A stretch of DNA of 64,000 bases from Candidatus Solincola daggyaiensis (GTDB lineage: Bacteria; Actinomycetota; Geothermincolia; Geothermincolales; RBG-13-55-18): the NCBI GenBank assembly GCA_015711825.1, contig JACVJD010000002.1, forward strand, positions 5,752 to 69,751. Reading direction: 5' to 3'. Under the pieces are notes generated by a model, which was not told the origin of the DNA, did no database searches, and was given only the letters and a program-made list of their open reading frames with translations. Below are positions 33,059 to 41,860 of the stretch, one piece after another. The position numbers and the translations under genes were made by a program. Numbering within the stretch: the stretch's first letter is position 1; each line of letters begins with the position of its first letter.

Positions 33059-33399
33059 GGGATGCAGAGGCTCGCGTAGGGAAGGGCCTCGAGGCGCTCG
33101 AGGGGGATGTCGGAGCCGCACGACACGCACTTTCCGTAGGTCCCATCCTCGATGCGCTCCAGGGCTTCGTTGACTTTCTGCAGGATATCCTTAACGTTTT
33201 CGGATAGCGAGAGATCCCTTTCCCTCTCGAAGGTGGCGGTGCCGCTGGCGGCATAATCCTCCTCGAAGGGCATCTCGCCTGAGAACTCGGATTGCGAGGA
33301 GTGCAGGTTGCCCTCCTCCAGATCATGGTATTCCTTCTCGAGGGATCGCTTCTCCTCCAGAAGCTTTTTCTTGAAAAGAGCCAGCTGTTTTTTGTTCAT
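33025..33399 (-). CDS. DksA/TraR-family C4 zinc-finger protein (YlyA-like)
   Basis: Coiled-coil N-terminus then CVSCGSDIPLERLEALPYASLCIPC; start ATG 33399 after GAGGATAGAG; conserved ileS-ylyA-lspA-rluD context. Confidence 0.7.
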   Translation of the reverse strand: MNKKQLALFKKKLLEEKRSLEKEYHDLEEGNLHSSQSEFSGEMPFEEDYAASGTATFERERDLSLSENVKDILQKVNEALERIEDGTYGKCVSCGSDIPLERLEALPYASLCIPCKQKEEKASR

Positions 33400-33700
33400 C
33401 TCTATCCTCGTCAATAGCCGGTCGGCTCATCGCATTATCCCTATTATGCACGATTCTTCTCTTCGCACAAGTATGACCTTCCATCTGCGATATCCGTAAA
33501 CGGTCGACAGCGTCAAGCCGATCCCCGCACGGCTTGAGCCTTGTTCCACGGACATAACCTAAAAGAAACGGCAGGCATCACGAACGTTTAGAAAGCGCAA
33601 GCATGGTGCTCGTTCCGGTCTCGATGCGGAATCACGGGCGGAAGGCCTATGGTCGATGCGCTTGACGCAAGAGGTGTTTCTCGGACACGGAGGTCCGCGT

Positions 33701-36457
33701 TTATTCCGCGGCCCTAATAGCCTCCAGGCAGCGATGGCAGATCTCCGCGTGCGCCGGATCATCGCCTACCGTGGTGCGATAATTCCAGCAACGGGCGCAT
33801 TTTTCGCCGGGCGCCCTGCCGATTTCAACCCTTACCTCTTGCGAATCCGCGTCTGCCACCTCCACCGCGGAGACGATGAAAAGGGTCGGGAGCAAGTCCG
33901 CCCTGCTTCTCAACCTCGCGGCCGTTTCAGGGGGCGCGACAATGCGCACCGCCGCCTCGAGGGAGGTCCCGATCTCCTTTGAGACGCGTTTCTCCTCCAG
34001 AGACTTCGTCACCAGCTCCCGCACCTCGAGCAGGGCCGCGAATTCCTCCTCCAACTCCGCCTGCTTCCATTCCGCGGGGGGGTGGGGCCATTCGGCAAGC
34101 TGCACGCTCTCCACCTCCGCGCCCGCCAGGTTGGACCATGCCTCATCGGCGGTATGGCAAAGCACGGGAGCCATGATCCGCACCAGGCTGTCCAGGAGGT
34201 GATGGATGGCGGTCTGCGCCGATCTTCTGCGGGGCGATCTGGAAGCGAAGGTGTAAAGGCAGTCCTTGCGCATATCCAGATACAGGGCGCTCAGGTCCAC
34301 GGCGCAGAAGTTATGCAGGGAGTGAAAAACCACGTGCAGCTGGTATTCCTCGTAGGCCTTCGTGCATCTCTCCACGAGGTCGTGCAGACGCGAAAGGATC
34401 CACCTGTCGAGATCCTCCATCTCCCGCACCGGCAGGGCATGCTCCGCGGGGTCGAAATCATAGAGGTTGCCGAGGAGGAAACGCAGCGTGTTGCGTATCC
34501 TGCGGTACGCCTCCACCAGGCGGTCGAAGATCTCCGGAGAGGCCGGGATGTCCACGGTGTAGTCTGCCGCCGCAACCCATAGGCGCAGGATGTCGGCTCC
34601 CAGGGAATCGCAGATGTCCATGGGGTTGATGACGTTTCCCAGGAGCTTGGACATCTTCCTGCCTTCCCCGTCAACCACGAAACCGTGGGTGAGCACGGAG
34701 CGATAAGGCGGGGCGCCGCGCTTGCCTACTGCGGTGAGCATGGAGGTCTGGAACCATCCCCGGTGCTGATCGCTTCCCTCTAGGTACATGTCGCTCGGCC
34801 AGGTGAGGCCCTCCCACTGGTTCAACACCGCTTCGTGGCTCACGCCGGATTCGAACCATACGTCCAGTATGTCCATCTCCTTCCGAAAGCGCCTGGAGCC
34901 GCAACCACGGCAGGAGAAGGACTCTCCCAAGATATCGGAGGGTTCCCGCAAGAACCAGGCATCCGCTCCCTCCCTCGCGATCAATTCCTCGACTTTGCGC
35001 AACGATTCCGGCGTGAACAGCTCCTCCCCGCAATCCAAGCAATAGAAAGCGGGGATGGGCACTCCCCATGAGCGTTGGCGCGAGATGCACCAGTCCGGCC
35101 GGGACTCAAGCATCCCTCTCATGCGTCTGCTGTTCCAAGAGGGGATCCACATCACCTCCTCCATGGCCTCCAGGCAGCGCCGGCGCAGGGTGGATCCTTG
35201 CAAGGGGATGTCGACGCCCACGAACCACTGGGGCGTGGCGCGAAAAATCACCGGCCCCTTGCAGCGCCAGCAATGGGGATAGGAATGAGCCAGGTCCCCT
35301 TTTCCCATCAGCAAGCCGCGTGATTCCAGGTCCTCCATAATACGCGGGTTGGCGTCGTCGATGAATATGCCCTCGAACTCGGGAGCCTCCGAAGTGAACC
35401 TGCCTAAGTCGTCAACGGGCATGACCATGGGAAGGTCATATTCGAGCCCCACGTGGTAATCTTCGTCGCCGTGGCCGGGGGCTATATGCACCGCCCCCGT
35501 CCCCTGCTCGGTAGTGACGTATTGCGAGGTCACCAAAGCGGATGGACGTTTCCGCCAGGGATGACGCGCCTTTAGCCCCGCGAGATCGCTTCCCCGGTAG
35601 CGCGCCTTTTGCACGTAGTCCCTCAACCCCATTTCCTCCATGGCGCGCTCGAGCAGAGGCACGCCCACCAGGACGCGTTCTCCGCCCGCCTCGGCAAGAA
35701 CGTAATCCATGTCCGGGTGAAGGGCGACGGCCACATTTGCCGGCAGGGTCCACGGGGTAGTGGTCCATATCACCACTGCGGCTTCCCCGTCATCCCCAGG
35801 CAGCTTGTCCATAAGCGGGAACTTGACGTAAATGGACGGGGATACTTTCTCCTTGTACTCCAGCTCTGCTTCCGCCAACGCGGTCACGCAGCGCGGACAC
35901 CAGTGGATGGGTTTGCGGCTGCGGTACACCAGTCCCTTTTCCAACAGATCCGCGAGGACGCTTATGTTTACCGCCTCGTAGGAGGGCTTCAGGGTCAGGT
36001 ACGGGTTGTCGAAGTCGCCCCGCACTCCCAGGCGCTGGAACTGCTCGGATTGCCGCCCCACGTAGTGCAAGGCGTATTCTCGGCAGCGCCTCCTTATCTC
36101 CAACACGTCCAGCTTGCCTTTCTCCTCCCCCAGCATACGCTCAACGTTGTACTCGATGGGCTGCCCGTGGCAATCCCAGCCGGGCACGTAAGGGCAAAAA
36201 TGGCCGCTCATGCTCTTGTAGCGGATGATGATGTCCTTGAGTATTTTGTTCAGGGCGGTCCCGAGGTGAAGGTCTCCGTTTGCGTACGGCGGCCCGTCAT
36301 GCAGTATGAAGGGGGGGCAATCCCGGGTCTTCTCCAGCACCTTGTGGTATATATCCTTTTCCTTCCACGCCCTTTGGATCTGCGGTTCCCGTCGCGGTAG
36401 ATCCGCTTTCATGGGAAAATCCGTGCGCGGCAGGTTAAGGGTCTTGCGGTAATCCAT
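33701..36457 (-). CDS. ileS: Isoleucine--tRNA ligase
   Basis: 918 aa; HLGTAL (HIGH) and KMSKLLGN (KMSKS) motifs, C-terminal zinc knuckle. Confidence 0.95.
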   Translation of the reverse strand: MDYRKTLNLPRTDFPMKADLPRREPQIQRAWKEKDIYHKVLEKTRDCPPFILHDGPPYANGDLHLGTALNKILKDIIIRYKSMSGHFCPYVPGWDCHGQPIEYNVERMLGEEKGKLDVLEIRRRCREYALHYVGRQSEQFQRLGVRGDFDNPYLTLKPSYEAVNISVLADLLEKGLVYRSRKPIHWCPRCVTALAEAELEYKEKVSPSIYVKFPLMDKLPGDDGEAAVVIWTTTPWTLPANVAVALHPDMDYVLAEAGGERVLVGVPLLERAMEEMGLRDYVQKARYRGSDLAGLKARHPWRKRPSALVTSQYVTTEQGTGAVHIAPGHGDEDYHVGLEYDLPMVMPVDDLGRFTSEAPEFEGIFIDDANPRIMEDLESRGLLMGKGDLAHSYPHCWRCKGPVIFRATPQWFVGVDIPLQGSTLRRRCLEAMEEVMWIPSWNSRRMRGMLESRPDWCISRQRSWGVPIPAFYCLDCGEELFTPESLRKVEELIAREGADAWFLREPSDILGESFSCRGCGSRRFRKEMDILDVWFESGVSHEAVLNQWEGLTWPSDMYLEGSDQHRGWFQTSMLTAVGKRGAPPYRSVLTHGFVVDGEGRKMSKLLGNVINPMDICDSLGADILRLWVAAADYTVDIPASPEIFDRLVEAYRRIRNTLRFLLGNLYDFDPAEHALPVREMEDLDRWILSRLHDLVERCTKAYEEYQLHVVFHSLHNFCAVDLSALYLDMRKDCLYTFASRSPRRRSAQTAIHHLLDSLVRIMAPVLCHTADEAWSNLAGAEVESVQLAEWPHPPAEWKQAELEEEFAALLEVRELVTKSLEEKRVSKEIGTSLEAAVRIVAPPETAARLRSRADLLPTLFIVSAVEVADADSQEVRVEIGRAPGEKCARCWNYRTTVGDDPAHAEICHRCLEAIRAAE

Positions 36458-36890
36458 CCTCTATCATCTCCGTCAGAACTTGGGATTTTGCTCCATTATT
36501 AGCACGCGCACCGCAGTAGCGCAACCGCGCACCCATATCGCCTAGCCGCCTGACGGCAATACCTGACCGGCAAGGGACCATCCACGTGGCTCCAGAGGCG
36601 AACGCCTAGGAGGGCATGGTAAAACCGATGGCCACCGACTCTCCAGCGGTAAAGCATCAAACGGTCGGGCGGGCGGCGCAGGAGAGGCATGCCGGGCTAT
36701 CAAGGCGAGGCGTTGTCGATTATGATAGCTGTATTCCAGCCCCGCCGGACAGGTATAGCCCGCCACGGGGAGGCGCGCATTGCGCAATATATCATCGTCC
36801 CCTATCAAGGCGGGCTTGGGCTGTCCCGAAGCGCGTGATGGAGGGGTATGGGGAGCGTGGCGGTACAATCCTCGCCCAAGGAGGGCCGAC

Positions 36891-37202
36891 TTGGTCAAAG
36901 ATGAGACACCCATCACAAGAAACCACCCCGAGGGATGCGTATGCGAAGCGAGGGTAAATCCGGGCTCATCCCGCAGCCGCGTCGAGGGATTGTCCGCCGG
37001 CAGAATCGTCATATCGGTCCACGCTCAACCTCAACAGGGGAAGGCCAATCGCGAGGCTTTGCGGGTGCTGTCGGACTTCCTCGGAGTCCCACCGTCACGC
37101 CTGGCGATATTGAAAGGCGGCACGTCCAGAAATAAGTCCGTTCTGGTGCGCGGCCTCAGCGAGCCGGAGATACGGGATCTCCTGGCTTCCCTTTCCCGCT
37201 AG
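36891..37202 (+). CDS. DUF167 (YggU-family) protein
   Basis: ...RVEGLSAGRIVISVHAQPQQGKANREALRVLSDFLGVPPSRLAILKGGTSRNKSVLV matches YggU GKAN motif; start (TTG 36891) is uncertain. Confidence 0.55.
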   Translation: MVKDETPITRNHPEGCVCEARVNPGSSRSRVEGLSAGRIVISVHAQPQQGKANREALRVLSDFLGVPPSRLAILKGGTSRNKSVLVRGLSEPEIRDLLASLSR

Positions 37203-37411
37203 CCGACATGAGGCCGTGACCATCTTCGCGCCCGGCCTGGAAGAAAAACGCAGAGTTCCCTCCGGCCCGAGAAAAAACGGGCCGCTGCGGTCGATCATGC
37301 GCTGGTGGCGCTGCGTTACTGCGCCGTCCTTCATGCGCCGCTAGGGATCTTTTGGTTGCCAGGAGCAGAGATAAGTCGCCACCGCCAAATCCACGCCACA
37401 TACCGCGCCCC

Positions 37412-37460
37412 GAGAAAAAAGGCAGGTGATTGAAAAGGGGAGGGTGAGGCCCTTCCCCTT
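37412..37460 (-). terminator. Candidate Rho-independent terminator downstream of divIVA
   Basis: Plus strand aaaaGGGGAGGGtgaggcCCTTCCCCTT; on the minus strand a 10-bp GC-rich hairpin followed by TTTTCAATCACCTGCCTTTTTT. Confidence 0.45.
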
Positions 37461-37476
37461 GGTGCCGCCGTCCATC

Positions 37477-38487
37477 TTATTCCCAGAAAAAGTGCTTCTC
37501 GCCTTCCTCACGCTCCTGTTGCGGCGGGGCCGGTTCCACAGGAGGAGCCTCACGTTCCATACTGCGGCGCATGAGCTCCATCTCCTGCTCCGGGGTTACC
37601 GTGGGCCGCTGAGGTTGCGGTGCTTGTGCAGGTTCCGGAAACATCTCCACCAGCGGTTGCGGTTTCGGAGGAGCAAGCTGGGCCGGAGCTTCCTCCTGCT
37701 CGTCCTCCCGCAACGAAGGGGTGGGAACGCTATCGAAGCGCGGGGCAGCCGGGGGCTCGACCGGCTCAGCCAGCGGCTGTGATCGGGGACCTGGAGCGGC
37801 CTCCTCCGCCGCCCCCCGAAAGCGAGCGAAATCGGGTTCAGGTATGGGCGGCGTTTCCGGCTGCTGGGCGCTGGCGGGGGGCGTGAATGCGTCCACAGGC
37901 GCGGGCGATGCCTCGGTTTCTTGCGGCACGAAATATGGGCCCGGCTCGACGGTCGTCACCTCCGGTTGCGGCGGCGGCACAGGCGTGGCCGGGGTAGCCG
38001 GTTGTGGCGGCGCCTCCTGCAGCTCCGCGGTGGAGAGTCTTGCTTCGTATTCCCTTATCATGGCATGGTTCTTCTCCAACAGTTCCTTGATGGTCGCCAT
38101 ATAGGCCATAACCTGCTCCCTGATACCCGCAAAAGACTGAGAGATGCGGGAACGCTCCGCCCTCGCTTCCTCCAACATGCGGAGGCTCTGTTCCTGTGCC
38201 TCTTTCAGCATGGCCTCCGCCTGGCTGCGCGCCTCCTGCACGATGTTGTCGGCGCTCTTCTGCGCGTTGATGATGGCGTTCTGCAGTGTTTGCTGCATGG
38301 AATCGAACTGACTCGCCTTTTGGCGCATGGACTCTACCAGTTCGGCCTGTTCCTGGTTGCGGTGCAGAAGCCGCTCCAGTTCGTCGGCCACCATGTCCAA
38401 AAAAGCGTCGACCTCCTCCTTGTTGTAGCCTCCCACGCGCACGGTGCTGAACTCTTTGTGATGAATATCCATGGGGCCAATAGCCAA
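37477..38487 (-). CDS. divIVA: DivIVA-domain cell-division protein with long Pro-rich C-terminal tail
   Basis: (M)AIGPMDIHHKEFSTVRVGGYNKEEVDAFLDMVADELERL aligns with canonical MPLTPEDVRNKQFS...; TTG 38487 lies 8 nt after AAGGAGG; ORF opens at GTG 38547. Confidence 0.8.
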   Translation of the reverse strand: MAIGPMDIHHKEFSTVRVGGYNKEEVDAFLDMVADELERLLHRNQEQAELVESMRQKASQFDSMQQTLQNAIINAQKSADNIVQEARSQAEAMLKEAQEQSLRMLEEARAERSRISQSFAGIREQVMAYMATIKELLEKNHAMIREYEARLSTAELQEAPPQPATPATPVPPPQPEVTTVEPGPYFVPQETEASPAPVDAFTPPASAQQPETPPIPEPDFARFRGAAEEAAPGPRSQPLAEPVEPPAAPRFDSVPTPSLREDEQEEAPAQLAPPKPQPLVEMFPEPAQAPQPQRPTVTPEQEMELMRRSMEREAPPVEPAPPQQEREEGEKHFFWE

Positions 38488-38625
38488 CTTTACCGCCTCC
38501 TTCGGGATACGCCACACCCTCTCCTCATCGACGCCGGCACCCTTCACCCGCAGTGCTTATCGGCTCTGCCTTATTATTTTATCGGGGCCAGTTCCCCGCA
38601 AGTTAACCCTTCCACGCGCTGCCCA

Positions 38626-38904
38626 TCAGCCGAAAACCTTGCGCACCAGCCATTGCAAAAAAACTATGAGCAATATGAGCACGGTGGGAGAAAGATCCAA
38701 AGCCACGCCCTCTCCCACCGGTATGGCGGGGATTAAGCGTCGCAACGGCGACAGTACGGGCTCGGTAATATCGTAGATAAAGACCACCGCCGATCTAATC
38801 CCCCTCGGCCACCTCACCGGCAGCCAGCCGATGATCACCCTTGCGAATACCGCCAGGAGGTACGCCAACAATATCCACCACAGGATATCGCCGACCGCCT
38901 CCAC
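38626..38904 (-). CDS. yggT: YggT-family membrane protein
   Basis: 92 aa, two TM helices, YggT/Ycf19 pattern; sits between proC and divIVA. Confidence 0.75.
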   Translation of the reverse strand: MEAVGDILWWILLAYLLAVFARVIIGWLPVRWPRGIRSAVVFIYDITEPVLSPLRRLIPAIPVGEGVALDLSPTVLILLIVFLQWLVRKVFG

Positions 38905-38905
38905 C

Positions 38906-39703
38906 TCAGACCTCCTGGGCCCTCTTCCAGGCCGCGGTCAGCGCCTTGTAGAAGGCGTCCCGAATCCCTGCCTCCTCAAGCGCCTCCAGCGCCATGATGG
39001 TCGAACCGCCCGGCGAGGCGACCATATCCTTTAGCGATCCCGGATGCATTCCCGTCTCCTGGAGCATTTTCCCCGCTCCCAACATGGTCCCGGCGGCCAG
39101 TTTAAGGCTCAGATCGCGGCCCAGGCCAAGTTTGACCCCTGCGTCGCTCATGGCCTCGGCGATGACGTAGAAATAAGCCGGCCCACATCCCGAAAGGGCC
39201 ATGGCCGCGTCCTGCAGCCTCTCCTCGACCTCGTGTACCTCGCCCAGGCAAGAGAAGATCTCCCTCGCTATAGCCCTCGCCCTCTCTCCCGCATGGGAGC
39301 CGTAGCTGAGAACCGACACCGCCTCCCCCACCATGGCGGGGTGGTTAGGCATCGCCCTGACAACCTCGGTACCGGACGGTAGCAGGTCCTGGATGAATTG
39401 CGTGGTCTTGCCCATGGCTATGGATATCACCACCTGGCCCTGCCGCAGGGAGGTCGCGACCTCCCTCAGAACCTCCTCCAACTGCTGGGGCTTTACCGCC
39501 AGCAGCACCGACTCTGCCTCGACCACCGCCTGGGGATTGGACCTCGAAACCTCCACCTTGTATTCATCCCCCATATGGCGCAGCCTTTCATCCGCCACAT
39601 CCGTAACCACCACCTCATGGGCGGCGGTCCAGCCTGACTTCAGGAGCCGCTTGAGGATGGCCTCGGCCATCTTTCCGGCGCCGATAAAAGCGATCTTCTT
39701 CAT
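38906..39703 (-). CDS. proC: Pyrroline-5-carboxylate reductase
   Basis: MKKIAFIGAGKMAEAIL Rossmann N-terminus, ProC C-terminal dimerisation domain. Confidence 0.9.
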   Translation of the reverse strand: MKKIAFIGAGKMAEAILKRLLKSGWTAAHEVVVTDVADERLRHMGDEYKVEVSRSNPQAVVEAESVLLAVKPQQLEEVLREVATSLRQGQVVISIAMGKTTQFIQDLLPSGTEVVRAMPNHPAMVGEAVSVLSYGSHAGERARAIAREIFSCLGEVHEVEERLQDAAMALSGCGPAYFYVIAEAMSDAGVKLGLGRDLSLKLAAGTMLGAGKMLQETGMHPGSLKDMVASPGGSTIMALEALEEAGIRDAFYKALTAAWKRAQEV

Positions 39704-39736
39704 GTGATCTCCATTGCCAGATGGTCGATCCGATGA

Positions 39737-40189
39737 TCAGAACTGGTTGAAAAATCCCTTCTCGCGCAGCCAGCGCTTATCCTCCGCGGAGACCTCGACG
39801 TTGTGGGGGGTCAGGAGGAAGACCCGATCCGCTACCCGTTGTATCCCTCCGTCCAAGCCATAGGTGAGCCCGCTGGCGAAATCGATCAGCCTTTTCGAAA
39901 GCTCGGCGTCCGCCTGCTGAAGATTGATGATCACCGGTATGTCCGATTTGAACTTCTGCCCTATCTGCTCGGCGTCGTTGAAGGATTTAGGCTCCACCAT
40001 GTGCACGCGCACCTGCTTGCTGGGCACGGGCTGCACCGCGGCAAGGCGCGCCTCTTCGCGCTGGGCACGTCGCGAAACCGCGGGCTCGACGGGCGCCAAC
40101 TGCGCCTCATCGTATTCCAGCATATCCTCGAACTCATCGTCCTCTACCAGTCCGAGGTAGATAAGCGCCCTGCGAAAAAACCCAGCCAT
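39737..40189 (-). CDS. sepF: Cell division protein SepF
   Basis: MAGFFRRALIYLGLVEDDE... and C-terminal IPVIINLQQAD...RLIDFASGLTYGLDGGIQRVADRVFLL; ATG 40189 after GGGAGGTGG. Confidence 0.8.
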   Translation of the reverse strand: MAGFFRRALIYLGLVEDDEFEDMLEYDEAQLAPVEPAVSRRAQREEARLAAVQPVPSKQVRVHMVEPKSFNDAEQIGQKFKSDIPVIINLQQADAELSKRLIDFASGLTYGLDGGIQRVADRVFLLTPHNVEVSAEDKRWLREKGFFNQF

Positions 40190-40209
40190 GTTGCCACCTC
40201 CCAATGCCT

Positions 40210-40896
40210 TCAGGTCGCGAAAATGGCCGTTCCCACACGCAGCATGTTGGCTCCTTCCTCCACGGCCACCTCGAAATCCTGCGTCATGCCCATGCTCAGT
40301 ATCTCCAGACTCGTCCCTTCAATCTCGCCTTCCAGTCGGTCGCGCAATTCCCGCAGCCTGCGGAAACATCTTCTCGACGCCTCGGGGTTATCCGCCAACG
40401 CCGCCATGGTCATGAGGCCCCGTACCCGTACGGAGCTAAGGCCGGCGGCTATTTCCAGCACATATGCGACCTCCCCCTCCTCAAGGCCGTACTTGCTCTC
40501 CTCTCCGGTCAGGTTTACCTGCAGGAGTATATCCTGCACCATTTGGATATCGCGAGCCCTGGCGGCGACGGCTTCCAGGAGGCGTTTGCTGTCCACGCTG
40601 TGTATCAGGGCCACGTTTCCCACCACCATATTAACCTTATTCCTCTGCAGATGGCCAATGAAATGCCACTCCAGGTCCCTTCCCAGCCGTCGTAGCCTTC
40701 CCGCCAGTTCCTGGGCGCGGTTCTCCGCGAAAACCCGTTGCCCGGCCTCCACCGCCTCCAGCACCAGAGAATCGGGCATGTTCTTGCTCACCGCCACCAG
40801 GGTTATCTCTGCCGCATCCCTCCCGCACCTACGCGCAGCCGACGCGATGCGCTCCCTCACCGAGGCGAGGTTTTCCCTCACAGCCGGCAACCCCAT
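40210..40896 (-). CDS. yggS: PLP homeostasis protein (YggS/PLPHP family)
   Basis: MGLPAVRENLASVRERI...VAVSKNMP...FAENRAQEL...WHFIGHLQRNK. The 453-aa ORF is an artefact reading through mgtC out of frame; true start ATG 40896. Confidence 0.8.
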   Translation of the reverse strand: MGLPAVRENLASVRERIASAARRCGRDAAEITLVAVSKNMPDSLVLEAVEAGQRVFAENRAQELAGRLRRLGRDLEWHFIGHLQRNKVNMVVGNVALIHSVDSKRLLEAVAARARDIQMVQDILLQVNLTGEESKYGLEEGEVAYVLEIAAGLSSVRVRGLMTMAALADNPEASRRCFRRLRELRDRLEGEIEGTSLEILSMGMTQDFEVAVEEGANMLRVGTAIFAT

Positions 40897-40904
40897 GCAC
40901 CCCC

Positions 40905-41564
40905 TCATTCCTCGAAGCCGATATACGTGACCCCATGGAGCTGGCGCAGCGCCTCCATCGCCGCGAGAAGATCGGTCTTCGCCGTCGCTTTGGACTGCAG
41001 AAGCAGGCTGCATTCGGCCTGCGGAGCAAGGCATTGCTCGTATCTCAGCAGCGTAGCCTTCACCCCGTATTGCGCGAGGGTAGCGGTCACCTCCTCCACC
41101 AAGCCGGGCCTCGGAGCGCTTCTGACCGTGAAATATATCCTCCGACGCAGAAAGCGGGCGATGACCCTTTCCTCCACCCAGGGCAAGGCCACCAAGACCA
41201 ACAGGATCATGGCGGTGGTATACAGGCAAGTAACGAAACGGCCTGCCCCCGCCGACATCCCCACCGCCGCCGTCGCCCACATGGTGGCCGCAGTGGTTAT
41301 GCCCACCACATGGGTCCCGCCGTAGACCACGATCACCCCCGCGCCCAAAAAGCCGATACCGATGACCACCTGGGCGGCGATCCTCGCCGGGTCGGAACCG
41401 GGAAAGGCGATGAGGGACAACACGGTGAACAAGGATGCGCCGAGGGATACCATGATATAGGTACGAAAGCCCGCAGGCCTGTCGCCCCTTTCCCGCTCTA
41501 GACCGATCAAGCCCCCGCACAACAGCGCGGCAAGCAACCTCATGATGATCTGGCCTTCGCTCAT
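40905..41564 (-). CDS. mgtC: MgtC/SapB-family membrane protein
   Basis: MRLLAALLCGGLIGLERERGDRPAGFRTYIMVSLGASLF; MgtC signature GLERE plus C-terminal ACT-like domain. Confidence 0.75.
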   Translation of the reverse strand: MSEGQIIMRLLAALLCGGLIGLERERGDRPAGFRTYIMVSLGASLFTVLSLIAFPGSDPARIAAQVVIGIGFLGAGVIVVYGGTHVVGITTAATMWATAAVGMSAGAGRFVTCLYTTAMILLVLVALPWVEERVIARFLRRRIYFTVRSAPRPGLVEEVTATLAQYGVKATLLRYEQCLAPQAECSLLLQSKATAKTDLLAAMEALRQLHGVTYIGFEE

Positions 41565-41571
41565 AGCCCAC

Positions 41572-41853
41572 CTACTCCCCGTAGGTCACCCTGAAATCGG
41601 CGAACTCCCCCGTGGCCTCCTCCCAACTGACCTCGACTCTTTCCACGCGGGCGGATGGCGACCCCTGATGGCACCATCTCACCATTTTTCGCACCGCATC
41701 CTCCTCACCCTCAAACACCGCTTCCACCCGCCCGTCGAAGCGATTGCGCACCCACCCCGTCAACCCCAGATCCCTGGCTTTATCCACGGCATAGGAGCGG
41801 TAATAGACTCCTTGCACACGGCCGTACACAAGGACATGAGCCCTTGTTTTCAC
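41572..41853 (-). CDS. acyP: Acylphosphatase
   Basis: VLVYGRVQGVYYRSYAVDKARDLGLTGWVRNRFDGRVEAVFEG; AcyP motifs. Confidence 0.8.
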   Translation of the reverse strand: MKTRAHVLVYGRVQGVYYRSYAVDKARDLGLTGWVRNRFDGRVEAVFEGEEDAVRKMVRWCHQGSPSARVERVEVSWEEATGEFADFRVTYGE

Positions 41854-41860
41854 CTCCGCA

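Noticed and set aside
36458-36890. T-box riboswitch upstream of ileS
   Set aside because: Searched the minus-strand leader for AGGGTGGNACCGCG. Only a weak partial (AGGATTGTACCGCC) occurs ~400 nt from the start codon, far from where an antiterminator would sit. Kept only as a low-interest lead.
37264-37285. GGCCCGagaaaaaaCGGGCC hairpin after the DUF167 gene as a terminator
   Set aside because: The stem is followed by GCTGCGG, not a T-tract, on the plus strand. The A-rich loop alone is insufficient.
40210-41571. 453-aa ORF spanning yggS and mgtC
   Set aside because: Only the C-terminal ~229 aa (from MGLPAVRENLASV) is YggS. The N-terminal 220 aa is Gly/Arg-rich nonsense produced by reading the mgtC gene in another frame; mgtC (40905..41564) is the real gene there.
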